64,000 nucleotides of DNA from assembly GCA_964016885.1 (NCBI GenBank), contig OZ024754.1, forward strand, positions 29,512,001 to 29,576,000, written 5' to 3'. Made by a program: the position numbers and the translations under genes. The DNA comes from Eledone cirrhosa. Lineage: Eukaryota. Positions 12,101 to 25,737 of this stretch are shown here, piece after piece. How positions within the stretch are numbered: the stretch's first letter is position 1; the number at the start of each line of letters is the position of its first letter. The notes beneath the pieces are model-generated. The model ran no database searches, was not told the origin of the DNA, and saw only the letters and a program-made list of their open reading frames with translations.

Positions 12101-13690
12101 TTGACCATTATGCTGCGAAAAGTGAGAGCAGGATACAAGTTGGGAAGGGGAGAGCTTACCATCAATCACCTCCTCTTCATGGACGATCTTAAGCTCTTCG
12201 GGAAAAGTGAGAAGGAGTTGGATGTGCTTGTTGACACTGTCCGTATTTTCAGCAGTGATATATGTATGCAGTTTGGTATTGGTAAATGTGAAGTCATTGT
12301 GATGAAGAGGGGTAGGTTGAGCAGAAGTAACGGGATCCAGATACCAACAGGTAAGATGATAAAGGAAATTGACTCTGAGGAAGGATACAAGTATTTGGGC
12401 GTTCTGGAGGCTGATGGCATAAAGAACAAAAAAATGAAGGAATTGTTAAGAACTGAATACATTCGGAGAGTAAGGAGCGTATTGAAGTCACATCTGAACA
12501 GCAGAAATGCCATAAGCGCAGTAAATTCCCGAGCTGTGTCTATTATTAGGTACAGTGCGGGAATTCTGAGATGGAATGTTGCTGAACAAAAAGAAATGGA
12601 TAGGAAGACTAGGAAGATATTGACTATCTACAACATGTTCCACAAGAGGAGTGATGTCGATAGACTTTACCTAAAGAGATCTGAGGGTGGAAGAGGTCTT
12701 GTCAGCATAGAGGACTGTGTTCAGATGGAGAAAAACAACCTATACAAATACGTGACCTATAGTAAGGAGCCAATGCTCAGAGCTGTACTGAAGGAGGGGA
12801 CAGTAGGCCAGGGGATATCCAAGGAGGAAATAACATCAAGGAGGAAGAGCAGCCTTGAGGGAAAATCCCTTCATAGCACCTTCTTTGAGAAAACTGAATT
12901 TAGAGATCCACAGACATGGAACTGGTTGAGAAGAGGAGACCTCAAAAAGGCTACAGAAGGAATGCTAATGGCTGCGCAGGAGCAGGCCCTCAAAACGAAG
13001 TGGTTGAAGCACCATATCTACAAGGAGGAGGCTAGCCCACTGTGCAGGATCTGTGGAGAGAGAGAGGAGACTGTGGCTCACATTGTGTCCGAGTGTAAAC
13101 ACCTAGCCCAGACCCACTATAAGGGCTGGAGACACGATGTGATGGGCAGGGTGATCCACTGGCACCTGTGCAAAGTAAACAATCTACCACATTCTGAGAA
13201 ATGGTATGAGCATAGGCCAGAGGCGGTGATGGAGAACAGTCGGGTGAAGGTGCTGTGGGATTTTAGGATACAGACGGACAAAAAACTGGAACACAATAGA
13301 CCTGACCTGGTGGTTGTGGACAAAGAAAAAAGATCGTGCCTGATTGTGGATGTGGCCTGCCCGTTCGACACGAGAGTGCAAGAGAAGGAGAGGGAGAAAA
13401 TTAACCGATACCAGGACCTAAAGTGGGAGGTGAAAAGGATTTGGAACTGCCATGAAGTCAAAGTGATCCCGATTGTCATAGGCGCACTGGGGACTATCTC
13501 CAAAGGTTTCCAGGGATGGTTAAAGAAAATCGGCCCCTTCACGCTTTTTGGAACGCTTCAAAAGGCATGCTTGCTTGGAACAGCAAGAACCCTCCGATAC
13601 GTCCTGAATATCTGAGGCTGCAGGTAGTGGCTTGATATTCATTTCAACAAACTTTCCAGTTAACTAACATCAATGACTGAGACTCAAAGA
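9155..13690 (+). mobile_element. Apparently full-length R4/Dong-clade non-LTR retrotransposon
   Basis: Single ORF, ~75-nt 3' UTR, (TAA)n on both sides; the 5' limit is inferred from the upstream TAA tract and is uncertain. Confidence 0.85.
10223..13615 (+). CDS. Non-LTR reverse transcriptase with CCHC knuckle and restriction-like endonuclease (1130 aa)
   Basis: [85 protein letters not shown]. Confidence 0.95.
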   Translation: METRTSCDRLSPNRCPLAQQQEPDCQPNTADVGGRRRRKGARTNWTKELNRTVMQCYLKSNPKERGYRRRMHNIWNEIGLFKLDEQKLAGQARVIRTNGWISELELEELSRENGLEMAGVVCQTSEPEGNEGEEVLRTEEPPEADNDLNTEINNTWNRDTATEEMNADGLGQDSVDILNLVVDELNNDSGRPMNLRFVDRKKLKETTAKVNKVIPYLEARSLHQCNNILKATANTVRKLLGIKARGNNRQERAEPWWKKRLSGQIGEMRNDIGKLESLLNGTLKNIGTKNRLEIKYKTRSKKLNIIIEELKQRIVAKSAKIRRYENRVSQYKQNRMFDNNQKMLFGQLEGKERGNDLIPGAEQAKTFWRGIWEQDVRHNAQAGWIETVQREIGEQAQQQNDLSITVETLKGQVKKLTNWKSPVPDGVQGYWIKHLTSLHPKLTAMFNDCLVSGEVPEWLTKGTTVLIMKDRIKGNDVTNYRPITCLPVMWKLLTSIVSEEIYHHLHTNNLLPDEQKGCRKKSRGTKDQLLIDKMVMGNCRRRHTDLAMGWIDYRKAFDMVPHSWITKSLEIFRVADNIRQLLDRSMGSWETELTSTGVSLGSVKIKRGIFQGDSLYPLLFVLALMPLTIMLRKVRAGYKLGRGELTINHLLFMDDLKLFGKSEKELDVLVDTVRIFSSDICMQFGIGKCEVIVMKRGRLSRSNGIQIPTGKMIKEIDSEEGYKYLGVLEADGIKNKKMKELLRTEYIRRVRSVLKSHLNSRNAISAVNSRAVSIIRYSAGILRWNVAEQKEMDRKTRKILTIYNMFHKRSDVDRLYLKRSEGGRGLVSIEDCVQMEKNNLYKYVTYSKEPMLRAVLKEGTVGQGISKEEITSRRKSSLEGKSLHSTFFEKTEFRDPQTWNWLRRGDLKKATEGMLMAAQEQALKTKWLKHHIYKEEASPLCRICGEREETVAHIVSECKHLAQTHYKGWRHDVMGRVIHWHLCKVNNLPHSEKWYEHRPEAVMENSRVKVLWDFRIQTDKKLEHNRPDLVVVDKEKRSCLIVDVACPFDTRVQEKEREKINRYQDLKWEVKRIWNCHEVKVIPIVIGALGTISKGFQGWLKKIGPFTLFGTLQKACLLGTARTLRYVLNI

Positions 13691-13698
13691 GTAATAAC

Positions 13699-13764
<66 letters not shown>

Positions 13765-13766
<2 letters not shown>

Positions 13767-14085
13767 GAGAGTGCAAGAGAAGGAGAGGGAGAAAATTAAC
13801 CGATACCAGGACTTAAAGTGGGAGGTAAAAAGGATTTGGAACTGCCATGAAGTCAAAGTGGTCGTGATTGTCATAGGCGCAATAGGTACTATCTCAAAAA
13901 GTTTCCAGGGATGGTTAAAGAAAATTGGCCCAGCCACGCTTTTTGGAACGCTTCAAAAGGCATGCTTGCTGGGAACAGCAAGAACCCTCCGATACGTCCT
14001 GAATATTTGAGGCTGCAGGTAGTGGCTTGATATTCATTTCAACAAACTTTCCAGTTAACTAACATCAATGACTGAGACTCAAAGA
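13765..14085 (+). mobile_element. Short 3' fragment of the same Dong family
   Basis: [14 protein letters not shown]...LRYVLNI* plus 3' UTR, between TAA tracts. Confidence 0.92.
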
Positions 14086-14119
14086 ACAATAATAATAATA
14101 AGAATAAGAATAAGAAGAA

Positions 14120-14408
14120 GAATCGATACCAGGACTTAAAGTGGGAGGTAAAAAGGATTTGGAACTTCCATGAGGTCAAAGTGGTCCCAATTGTCATAGG
14201 CGCACTAGGTACTATCTCAAAGAGTTTCCAAGGATGGTTAAAGAAATTTGGTCCCACCCCGCTTTTTGGAACACTTCAAAAGGCATGCTTGCTGGGAACA
14301 GCAAGAACCCTCCAATACGTCCTGAATATCTGAGGCTGCAGGTAGTGGCTTGATATTCATTTCAACAAACTTTCCAGTTAAATAACATCAATGACTGAGA
14401 CTCAAAGA
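14120..14408 (+). mobile_element. Short 3' fragment of the same Dong family
   Basis: [15 protein letters not shown]...VLNI* plus 3' UTR, then (TAA)n. Confidence 0.9.
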
Positions 14409-14432
14409 ACAATAATAATAATAATAATAATA

Positions 14433-14750
14433 AATGTGGAAATTGAGAACTAAAACAATACCAGTGGTTGTAGGCGCTCTAGGAATGATACCTAAGGGGT
14501 CTAATGATTACTTATCGCAAATCCCAGGAAGCCCGCGTATAGGAGAAATACAAAAGATAGTACTAATGGGAACTGCCCATATACTAAGGAAGGTTCTGTC
14601 AATATAAGTACATCACAAGTCTAAACACCTAAAGATGCATGTGTGTGTATGTATGTTCTTTCTTGAACATGGCGGACCTTGTTGTCTCTTGAGGTCACTG
14701 GTTGTGACTTGGTGATAACTCGTATGAACATAAAGCAAGATAAATGCAAC
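14433..14750 (+). mobile_element. 3' fragment of a second R4/Dong family
   Basis: WKLRTKTIPVVVGALGMIPKG...IQKIVLMGTAHILRKVLSI*; different 3' UTR; TAA-flanked. Confidence 0.85.
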
Positions 14751-14792
<42 letters not shown>

Positions 14793-14793
<1 letters not shown>

Positions 14794-15186
14794 TACGAAA
14801 ATATAAAGATCTGCTTATTGAAATAGAGAAAATGTGGCACCTCAAGGCCGTTACAATACCAGTGATTGTGGGAGGACTGGGAATGATCAGGAAAGGAACA
14901 GAACAATATTTGCGAATGATTCCTGGTTTACCCTCTCTGCACGAGGTGCAAAAAATTGTTTTGACTGGTACTGCACACGTATTGAGAAGAGCACTATCTC
15001 TGTAAGATTGATGTCCCTCCTTGTATTTACATATGCATATGAACATGTATATATATCTATACTGTTTTTTTTAAAATTATAATGCTGTATTAACTGGCTT
15101 ACCAATGCACACTGTGAATTTATTTACCCTACCGAAGACACTGGGCATATATCTCAGAAACAATAATGAAAGAAAATAAAAATGAC
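14793..15186 (+). mobile_element. 3' fragment of a third R4/Dong family
   Basis: KYKDLLIEIEKMWHLKAVTIPVIVGGLG...VQKIVLTGTAHVLRRALSL*; TAA-flanked. Confidence 0.85.
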
Positions 15187-15195
15187 AATAATAAT

Positions 15196-15383
15196 AATTG
15201 TTTCTACTTTAGGCACAAGGCCAGCAATTATCCAGTGCATTACTGGTACTTTATTTTATCGACACCGTAAGGATGAAAGGCAAAGTCAACCTCGGCGGGA
15301 TTTGAACTCAGATCGTAAAGGGACGTAACTATGCTGGAAAGCATGGCGTCCGACCCTCTACCGATACTGCCGATCCACCACCC
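15196..15383 (-). mobile_element. Nin/Deu-core tRNA-derived SINE, full length
   Basis: A-box-like GGCAGTATCGG, B box GAGTTCAAATCC, core, AGAAACAATT tail. Confidence 0.9.
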
Positions 15384-15862
15384 TCTACATTAATAATAAT
15401 AATGACACACATGAATAATAATCCCGGGCCCTTCCCCGCCTTATTTGCTTCAGATGGCGTCTCATAGTCTGAAATGCTGAGACGCTATTATGAAACACAC
15501 CTGATGTTTCTGTGTAATGTCCATGTTGAATCGTTGATTACAATCTCTTCGGTAAAATTCCCAACATATATTTAATGATTTATAATTCTGGGAGCGAAAA
15601 GAAAATATTAAATAACGTTTTATGTATAGAGTATGCTTTAAATCCTGTTACGATTATTGGTTTACTAGCTATTTAAACTTCTTTCAATATACATATATAC
15701 AGATATATGAGCTTGCGTGTAGATCGTTATTTTAGATTTAAAAGCATTACAATATATTCTTGTATAACGTGTATTCATGTTATCAAAAGTACGGTTTTTG
15801 TATTTTGTGCAACATCGAAACGAACGTATGGAACGATACTAATAATGAGATAAGATTAAATG

Positions 15863-15960
<98 letters not shown>

Positions 15961-16316
15961 ATGTATGTATGTATGTATAAACGTCCCCTTCTCAATAAAG
16001 AAGATGAAAAAAGCTTACCTCTTAATTTTAAATCTTTAATTTTTAGTTTTTTAATTCTTATTAATTCTTTTTTAAGGTGAATTTTACTAATACATCGAAA
16101 CCGGTAATATTTTATATACTTTATATACATTATAAAACTATATTTTTAGAGAATTGTCGCTCTCATTTTTTTCAATAATGTCATCTTTTCAATATAGTCA
16201 CCTTGACGAATCAAAGAAAGGAAAAACAAGAAAAACAGACCCTAAAATATATTTTCCGTGCTATTTCCTAATTCACCTTTTCTTTATCTTTCTCTCTCTC
16301 TCCCCCCCCCCCTCTC

Positions 16317-16373
<57 letters not shown>

Positions 16374-16560
16374 TACTTTCTCTCTCTCTCTCATATATAT
16401 ATATACATATAAAAAACGTGTGGAGTAGGAAGCCACGTGGACCAAAACGCACCAGGGTACTCGATACTTAGTGTAATAGAATGGGTAATTGGAAACGACG
16501 GCTGAGATCCGGCCGTTTCGACAGCTAGATCCAGAGCTCAGGCGTAGGTATCCTGACTTT

Positions 16561-16600
<40 letters not shown>

Positions 16601-16844
16601 TGTGTATCTCAGTATCACACCAGGGCTTTTCAGAACTTATTCATTGTACTACATAGAAATATTATTCTGAATATCTGAATACATATAAATACTTTCTGAA
16701 TGTCTTTTGAATATTCATAGAAGATTATCAGATAAAAATAATCACTTCACCAGAATCTTAACGAGACTGACATTGTTAAAAAATGTTTAATATTGTTGTT
16801 ACCATTTCCGTCTAGAATATATATATATATATATGTGTGTATAT

Positions 16845-16890
<46 letters not shown>

Positions 16891-16891
16891 A

Positions 16892-16950
<59 letters not shown>

Positions 16951-16956
<6 letters not shown>

Positions 16957-17420
16957 CGTAAAATAAGAAAATTATAAAATTAACTTACTTACTAAAATTT
17001 CACTCCAATATATCTCCAATATTATCTCCAAATTATTTTGTTGAGCAAAAATTGGCCAAAACTGCTACTATAGTAACAGTCCGGCTGCTGTCTTCTTAAC
17101 AAACCACTCTTCACTGATTGACCTCGATGTCACGTGACTGATTCTTTTGAATTTGCCACCGACGCAGTAGGCAGTGATTTTTTCAATGGAATTTAGTCCA
17201 CGCTTTGCTTTTTTCCATCCACTGAATTATTTTTGTATAAGTTCCCTGTGTCCACGTATTGCCTGGAAACTTAGCTGAGAATAGACTTCCCTGATGACGA
17301 AAAGCTTCTCCGTACGTTTCTTCGAAAACTATGTTTATTCCCTTTCAGAAACTAATTAGTTGGAGTGAAATTTTAATAAGTAAGATAATTTTATAATTTT
17401 CTTATTTTACGTCTCTCATA
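16951..17420. repeat. Fold-back insertion next to (TA)n
   Basis: 16951-17008 is inverted at 17358-17418; degenerate CTGATGA..AAAAC motif at 17291-17335. Confidence 0.6.
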
Positions 17421-17532
17421 TTATTGTTCTGCATCCCGATGCATTGAACCACAAAGTTACTAAGACAAAACCTATATATTTGCTAGCATAAGTATGCATC
17501 TGTGTATATATATGTTACTAGATATATTAATT

Positions 17533-17638
<106 letters not shown>

Positions 17639-17645
17639 GTATATT

Positions 17646-17746
<101 letters not shown>

Positions 17747-18543
17747 GCATGCAGTAGAATAATGTTCATGCAATGGAGTATATAGCCCATGCATAGAAAC
17801 CCTAGAAGCATTCAGTACAGATTTGTACGCTTTCTATGCGTGGGCTCTATATTCTATTGCATGAACATTGTGACTAATATTGTAAAACTTTTTGCCTAAA
17901 ATCAATATATCTTTTGAAATTTATAATTTTTAATACCTACATGTATTCTTTCACTACACCATTCTCTTATATTGCATGTACTCTATTGTAATTAATATTT
18001 TTGATATAATATTCTTGCTATAATATCCTTGTTATAAATTTTTGCTATAATTAATAACCATATCCTTAAATATAACACATAACTCCACTTATGTATATTA
18101 TAGCTTTAGTACAATTTTTCATTATAATCTTTCATTACAATTTTTATATCAGTTCAATTTTCTTATACCCTTGCTCTTTAATATATTGATGTTAACACTT
18201 ATACTTAGTCTTCTCACCTATAATGTATCCTGCTAAAAGTTCAAGTGATTAGGAATATATTTGTTTCAACCTTTATGTACTCCGATGATCCCACATACCT
18301 ATATCTGGATGAAACGATCGTAAGCTATTAAATGTTTTAAACACAATTTGATTGTTTTTTGTTATGTTGTATTTCTGTTCTGTATTGTACTTGCTATTTG
18401 ACATTGAGTTACTTTTCTTACTGGTAATCGTGTAATATACAATATTACCCTTATCTTATTTATATTTTTATATATAAATATAATTATTATATATATATAC
18501 ATATATGTATATATATATATTTATATATATGTATATATATATG

Positions 18544-18695
<152 letters not shown>

Positions 18696-18697
18696 TG

Positions 18698-18751
<54 letters not shown>

Positions 18752-18753
18752 TA

Positions 18754-18859
<106 letters not shown>

Positions 18860-18964
18860 CACATATACATATATATATACATATGTCCATATATATATAC
18901 ATATATATATATACCTATATATATACGTATATATTTATATATATATATATATATATATACACAT

Positions 18965-19040
<76 letters not shown>

Positions 19041-19314
19041 TAAAAAATGTCTTTAGAATTACTAGATATAATATATACCATTTCCTCTCCCAATTAGCAT
19101 AATTAACCATATAAAAATTCAATTAGACCAAGCTATAAGAATAAAGGCTCCTATGAAGAAATCTCCGACAAATAACCAAAAGCAGCCCCTTCGCGGTGGC
19201 TACGATGGAGTATTTATTGAATATTTCGACAGCATGTAGAAATCGACCAGATATACAGTCAACTAAACACAATTAGGTGTGAAATCTAAATTAGAAGAAA
19301 TGTGTACATACCAA

Positions 19315-19396
19315 ATTACCTCTACCATGGTTTCGTCCGTATTTTAAGACATCCGATAACGGAATGTCCAGAGTTTCGGATTCATCAGGAGTGAAC
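19315..19396 (-). ncRNA. Type I hammerhead motif (slightly decayed)
   Basis: CACTC-CTGATGA-ATCCG..GACATTCCGTTATCGGATGTC..CGGAC-GAAAC-CATG-GTA-GAG. Confidence 0.55.
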
Positions 19397-19780
19397 TCAA
19401 AATTAGACATTTAATTTTCCAAAGTGATCGCGCCAAAAATACATTCAAAAATGGCTAAGAATCGTGAGGTGGCAGCGGTCAAGTTAGAAAGGATGTGATT
19501 AGTTGCTTACGGCGGGTAGGCTTAATGCTAGAAAGCGCAGCCCAATATAGCCAAATTGTATCTCAACCAAACGGGAGATTATTACATATGAAGGTTTACA
19601 TATATATAAATTCATAGATATATATGTGTTTTGCAACAGGTCACGTTGTGGCTCAATGAAGAATTAATAAATTAAATAATCAGAGCTATATATCATAAAA
19701 CATGTCTTTAGAATTACTAGATATAATATATACCATTTCCTCTCCCAATTAGCATAACTGAACTTATATATATGTAAACC

Positions 19781-19829
<49 letters not shown>

Positions 19830-19998
19830 AAAAAAAGATGATATCGAAAATGCAGAAACCGGTAAAGGAACCAAATAAATATATATATTTTTTAAAAAAA
19901 TAAGACTCCAGTTGCATTTTCGATTTCATTTTTTTTTTTTATACTTTCACTCGTGTAGGACACCTCGGTTATTTTTTATTTTGTAAAAAAAACCTCAC

Positions 19999-20042
<44 letters not shown>

Positions 20043-20046
<4 letters not shown>

Positions 20047-20230
20047 GTTTCTACTTTAGGCACAAGGCCAGCAATTACCCAGTGCATTACTGGTACTTTA
20101 TTTTATCGACCCCGTAAAGATGAAAGGCAAAGTCAACCTCGGCGGGATTTGAACTCAAATCGTAAAGGGACGTAACTATGCTGGAAAGCATGGCTTCCGA
20201 CCCTCTACCGATACTGCCAATCCACCACCC
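20043..20230 (-). mobile_element. Nin/Deu-core SINE, full length
   Basis: Matches the family consensus. Confidence 0.9.
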
Positions 20231-20359
20231 TTATATATATATATAATATGTAGAAAAGATAACACACGAGAGAGAGTGTGTGTGTTTATCAATATACAGG
20301 GAAAAACCACCAGTGTATGGAATCTATAAACTATGAAAGGTGAGGTAGACGGATAATAA

Positions 20360-20533
20360 TGTTTGGCATATGGCCAGCAATTACCCAGTGCATTACTGGT
20401 ACTTTATTTTATCGACCCCGTAAGGATGAAAGGCAAAGTTAACCTCGGCGGGATTTGAACTCAGAATGGCAAGGGCCGTAACTCTATACGTCAAAACATG
20501 GCATCCGACCCTCTACCAATACTGCCAATCCAC
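20360..20533 (-). mobile_element. Nin/Deu-core SINE (AATGGCAAGGGCC variant) inside one arm of an inverted repeat
   Basis: Same variant as 53835-54018; host arms ~20244-20575 and 20665-20845. Confidence 0.85.
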
Positions 20534-20943
20534 ATATAAATCAAAATGAATTTACCCACCTTTATAATAATACATCACACACGTACAAACCCAAAGAGAT
20601 TTGTTTCACCAAAAGATTAGTGAATGGCGAAAGAAATCTTTGCGTTTGTACATGTGTGATATATAGTTATAAAGGTGGGTAAATTCATTTAGATTTATAT
20701 TTTTAATTATTATGCGTCTACCTTACCTTTCGTAGTTTATAGATTCCATACACTGGTGGTTTTCCCTGTATATTGATAAACATACATACACACACACACA
20801 CACTCTCTCTGTCTCTCTCGTGTGTTATCTTTTCTACATATTATACTTGAAGAGCTCAAGATTCCTTTTCCTTTGAGCACATAATTTACAGGGACTAACG
20901 CGAGTCTATGACTCCGTTATTTTATTGTGATATAATATATATA

Positions 20944-21010
<67 letters not shown>

Positions 21011-21321
21011 GAGAGTGGGAGAGAGATATTGGGAAATGGAAACATCCTTGATGCAGTAAAATATATTTACAAGTTATATCTTTTTTTATAAACACACACA
21101 CACATATAAATATTATATATATATATATATATAAATTAATAAAAATAATGAATAAAAACAAAGAAACAGTTCCTTATATTAAAAAATTCATCATTTTACG
21201 ATCGCTTCTAGGATATATATGTGTGTTGGTATGTATATCATATAGATCTATGTAAAATGTTTACAAACTATCAGAGGGAATATACATACCTACACATATA
21301 TATGCTGTCTTCAGAAATAAT

Positions 21322-21496
21322 TGTTTCTACTTTAGGCACAAGGCCAGCAATTACCCAGTGCATTACTGGTACTTTATTTTATCGACCCCGTAAGGATGAA
21401 AGGCAAAGTCAACCTCGGCGGGATTTGAACTCAGATCGTAAAGGGACGTAACTATGCTAGAAAGCATGGCGTCCGACCCTCTACCGATACTGCCAA
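21322..21496 (-). mobile_element. Nin/Deu-core SINE with 14-bp TSD
   Basis: TCTTCAGAAATAAT at 21308-21321 and 21497-21510. Confidence 0.9.
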
Positions 21497-21819
21497 TCTT
21501 CAGAAATAATGATATTTGTTTATTGAAAAAAAACAACAAAGATTTAATATAATAGGTCTGTTTGGGAACAGGTTTTGAATTGACCAATAGAAAGGTAGTG
21601 AGTGGTCAAGATGGTAGAATAGTAGTAATAGAACTTTAATTTAGGGGTAGAGGAAGGCAGATTTCAGTTTTGATTTTTATTAATTTATCTTGACTCTGTT
21701 TTCCTGTATTTTTCATCGGAAAAAAAATTTTTGAATACATCTTCTCTTTTCATGATATTCGGATTACATTGAGTTCTTCATACGGATTGGACACTGCCGT
21801 ACATTTTGGTAGATTTATC

Positions 21820-21872
<53 letters not shown>

Positions 21873-23071
21873 GCCAGATAAACGGGGATACAGGATCACA
21901 TATGAGCCTACTGCAGGCGAGATATAAACTTACAAACGTTCTATGCTGTAACGCTGCTTGCTCACTAGAAGTAGTAGCAAACACACAGGATAATGTAATA
22001 CAGGACATGTTGAATATTAACTAGAAATAATTAAGATGGTGTGTTTATGGCTGGATCAAAGCTGACTTAGGATGGGGCAAAATTTGTAGAGGTTCAAACG
22101 TTCAGTAAATATGAAACTTATAGATGTAAGATGCAGAACGAAAATACTTTCGGATAATTCAATTATTTCCGTATTTAGAAAACCATCGATTTTGTAAGAG
22201 ATTTAAATACTGTCAGTATTGATCTCATTGATACATTTATATCATTTAAAAAATCATTTATTTATAGACAAAGAAGTATTTGGATTCCTCGCAGTTTGCC
22301 GCTTGCAGCATATCACCATGGTAACTCAATAATAATTACATTTCAATGCCTCTTTGATAAAGAATTGTGAACTTTCAAAAAATGTATGTGGTGTCACTCG
22401 CAAATAAACAAATATTTTCTTGTAATTAAAGTTTGTTTCCACATAATCAAGTTACCCAATAAACAACAATTATTTCTCTGCATTCGAATTGCCATTTAAT
22501 ACCTAAACTACTCGAAAACTAAGATCTAAAGTTAGATAAATAATTTTGTTGTTATAAATAATCGATCTTGTTGTGTTCTAAAGAGATATCTCAAATACCA
22601 TCCATTACATCTCTCGATAAAATCAATAACTGCATAATAGTTACGCTAAAAAATGTAATTATTTGCGAATAGTGCACACATGGGGACGAGAGAAACTTTC
22701 AGGTAGGTTTAATTATCTCTTGAATAGTTCTATACACTATGTTTGAAAGTTAATCCGTAAAAGATTGATTGTTTGACATGGAATAAAGTTTATCAAAGTT
22801 CATCAAAATCAGTTTTCCAGTGTATTAAATGAATATCCAATCGTTGAATCTTGTGGAAAATACATTACACAGCCCTGCCGAAATCTAAAATCTATAAACA
22901 ATACAGATGTATATAGATAAGTTTATTTGGGAAGTGTATTTTCGCGTTTTTTGCCTTCCATATAATTTTTTTCGATGAAAAATACATTAATTCAAAAATA
23001 CATTGAAATGTTCAAGACATACCAAGCGAAACAGGAAAATATTAGTGTTTATTATATTTATATACTATAAA

Positions 23072-23256
23072 GGGCGGTGGATTGGCTGTATCGGTAGAGG
23101 GTCGGACGCCATGCTTTCCAGCATAGTTACGTCCCTTTACGATCTGAGTTCAAATCCCGCCGAGGTTGACTTTGCCTTTCATCCTTACAGGGTCGATAAA
23201 ATAAAGTACCAGTAATGCACTGGGTAATTGCTGGCCTTGTGCCTAAAGTAGAAACA
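23072..23256 (+). mobile_element. Nin/Deu-core SINE with 21-bp TSD
   Basis: ATTATATTTATATACTATAAA at 23051-23071 and 23257-23277. Confidence 0.92.
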
Positions 23257-23567
23257 ATTATATTTATATACTATAAATTTCCCTAAAGAATAGCCATGGA
23301 ATAGTTTTACAACAAATCTAAACTACCGAAGACACGTGTGAGTGTGAGCATATGCGTACCTTTGTGTGTGTAAGTATATTATACTCATGAATAGTAGTAT
23401 GAAAGTTGGCAATGAATGGCTTCATATAAAGGTAAGTATACAATGGTTACTTCATTTATTTCATTTAATCTCTAATGATCTTGTTAACTGTAATATATTC
23501 ACATATAATATATTCTACCTAAACTACATTGTATATAAAATTCATATTTATAAATTATGTATTTTTG

Positions 23568-23601
<34 letters not shown>

Positions 23602-23606
23602 GCGCG

Positions 23607-23688
<82 letters not shown>

Positions 23689-23907
23689 TCTCTGTATATA
23701 TATATATATATACATATATATGTATATATATGTGTATATAATTGTAGGGTCTAAGCCGTATGAAGAACTCAATGTAATCCGTATGTAGATGTCGTGAAGC
23801 AAAGTTTAAAAAACAAAATTTCAACGATATAATTCATTTGAAGCAGAGTCAAAATAATACAAATACTGAAAACAATGCAATTAAACAAAATACGGGTAAT
23901 TCATAGT

Positions 23908-24085
23908 AAAACTCATTATTTTACGATCGTTTCTGGGGGGGGGGGGGAGGGGGGGGGGAGGGGGGGGGGTAGTTCTCCGTATGTACATTCTATTAGTGAT
24001 CTATGTAAAATATATTACAAATTATCAAAGTAACAAAATATACACACGTCTTCCCCACCCGCCGTCTTCAGAAATAATGAGTTTT
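23908..24085 (-). ncRNA. Type I hammerhead motif with 14-bp helix I and ~130-nt helix II insert
   Basis: AAAACTCATTATTT-CTGAAGA-...-GAAAC-GATC-GTA-AAATAATGAGTTTT. Confidence 0.65.
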
Positions 24086-24280
24086 TTTTATTGAAGAATA
24101 TAAAACATGTATTAATAAATAACCGTTTAAGAACAAGGTTGAGATTGACCAATAGTAAAAATAGGAAGGGGCAATATAGATCATTAAGCTGGTAGTAGTA
24201 GAAACGATCGTAAAATAATGAGTTTTACTACGAATTACCCGTATTTTGTTTAATTTCATTTTTTTCACTATTTGTATTAT

Positions 24281-24343
<63 letters not shown>

Positions 24344-24360
24344 CGTTTCTGAATTTGTAT

Positions 24361-24402
<42 letters not shown>

Positions 24403-24412
24403 GAATTTGTAT

Positions 24413-24491
<79 letters not shown>

Positions 24492-24714
24492 AATTTGTAT
24501 AACAATATATATATATTTCGTTTCTGAATTTGTTTAGCAAGATTCTTTATCTGAAATCGTGTGTTGAAACCGATATTGTTATACTTTGGGAGGGTCATGT
24601 TGCCAATAAGAAACACACGCACCAGTTGCTTTCACTTCAATTTAATTTAATATATATTTATAAATTTACAAATTTATAAATTTCTGGTTGGTTGGTTGGT
24701 TCCACAACCAGATA

Positions 24715-24777
<63 letters not shown>

Positions 24778-24802
24778 TTATACATATATATATATATATA
24801 TA

Positions 24803-25040
<238 letters not shown>

Positions 25041-25375
25041 TATACATCTGTGTGTACTTCTTTTTTAGAAATTATCTTCTGAAAGAGTCTTTATGTGAAA
25101 TTATGTGAATTACATTATGTAGTCATACTTTAAGAATTGATATTCATAATATTCAAGATGGGAGAACGATGAAAAAAATGGCGAATTTTATGACGACCGT
25201 GGATTTATTATAGCTCTGTTGCTAGGAAGGAAGACTTTTTGGAACGAGGGAATAGATTTCACCCGTTTATTTGGTTCTCCTGCTTAATTGTGCATGAAAA
25301 ATATATACGTACGGTTTATAAAGATGTGAAAGGAAAGAAAATGCGATATATTTTAAACACACACACACACAAACA

Positions 25376-25478
<103 letters not shown>

Positions 25479-25484
25479 CCATGT

Positions 25485-25524
<40 letters not shown>

Positions 25525-25563
25525 GATATTAATAAATGGAAACTATATTTATAAAACCATATT

Positions 25564-25628
25564 TATTTCATTATACATATTTCAGGGATACCAAATTAAA
25601 TTACGGTATGCCTTCATCAGACAAAATA
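25564..25628 (-). ncRNA. Type I hammerhead motif (AUA site) in a dispersed PLE-type repeat
   Basis: TATTTTGT-CTGATGA-AGGCATACC..GGTATCCCT-GAAA-TATGTAT-A-ATGAAATA; relatives at 34444-34504 and 56553-56618. Confidence 0.55.
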
Positions 25629-25737
25629 CAATATATAACAGTTTTACAAATAAGCTTTGACGTACCCTTTTAAAATGCAACCATTATTTTTGGAAGCCAT
25701 CCGGATAGTGAGTTGTTTATATTATTTTAATAAGTCA

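Noticed and set aside
7339-13542. Minus-strand ORFs overlapping the Dong ORFs
   Set aside because: Antisense shadows with no recognisable motifs
23072-23170. tRNA gene
   Set aside because: A and B boxes continue into a SINE core and tail with a TSD; no cloverleaf evident
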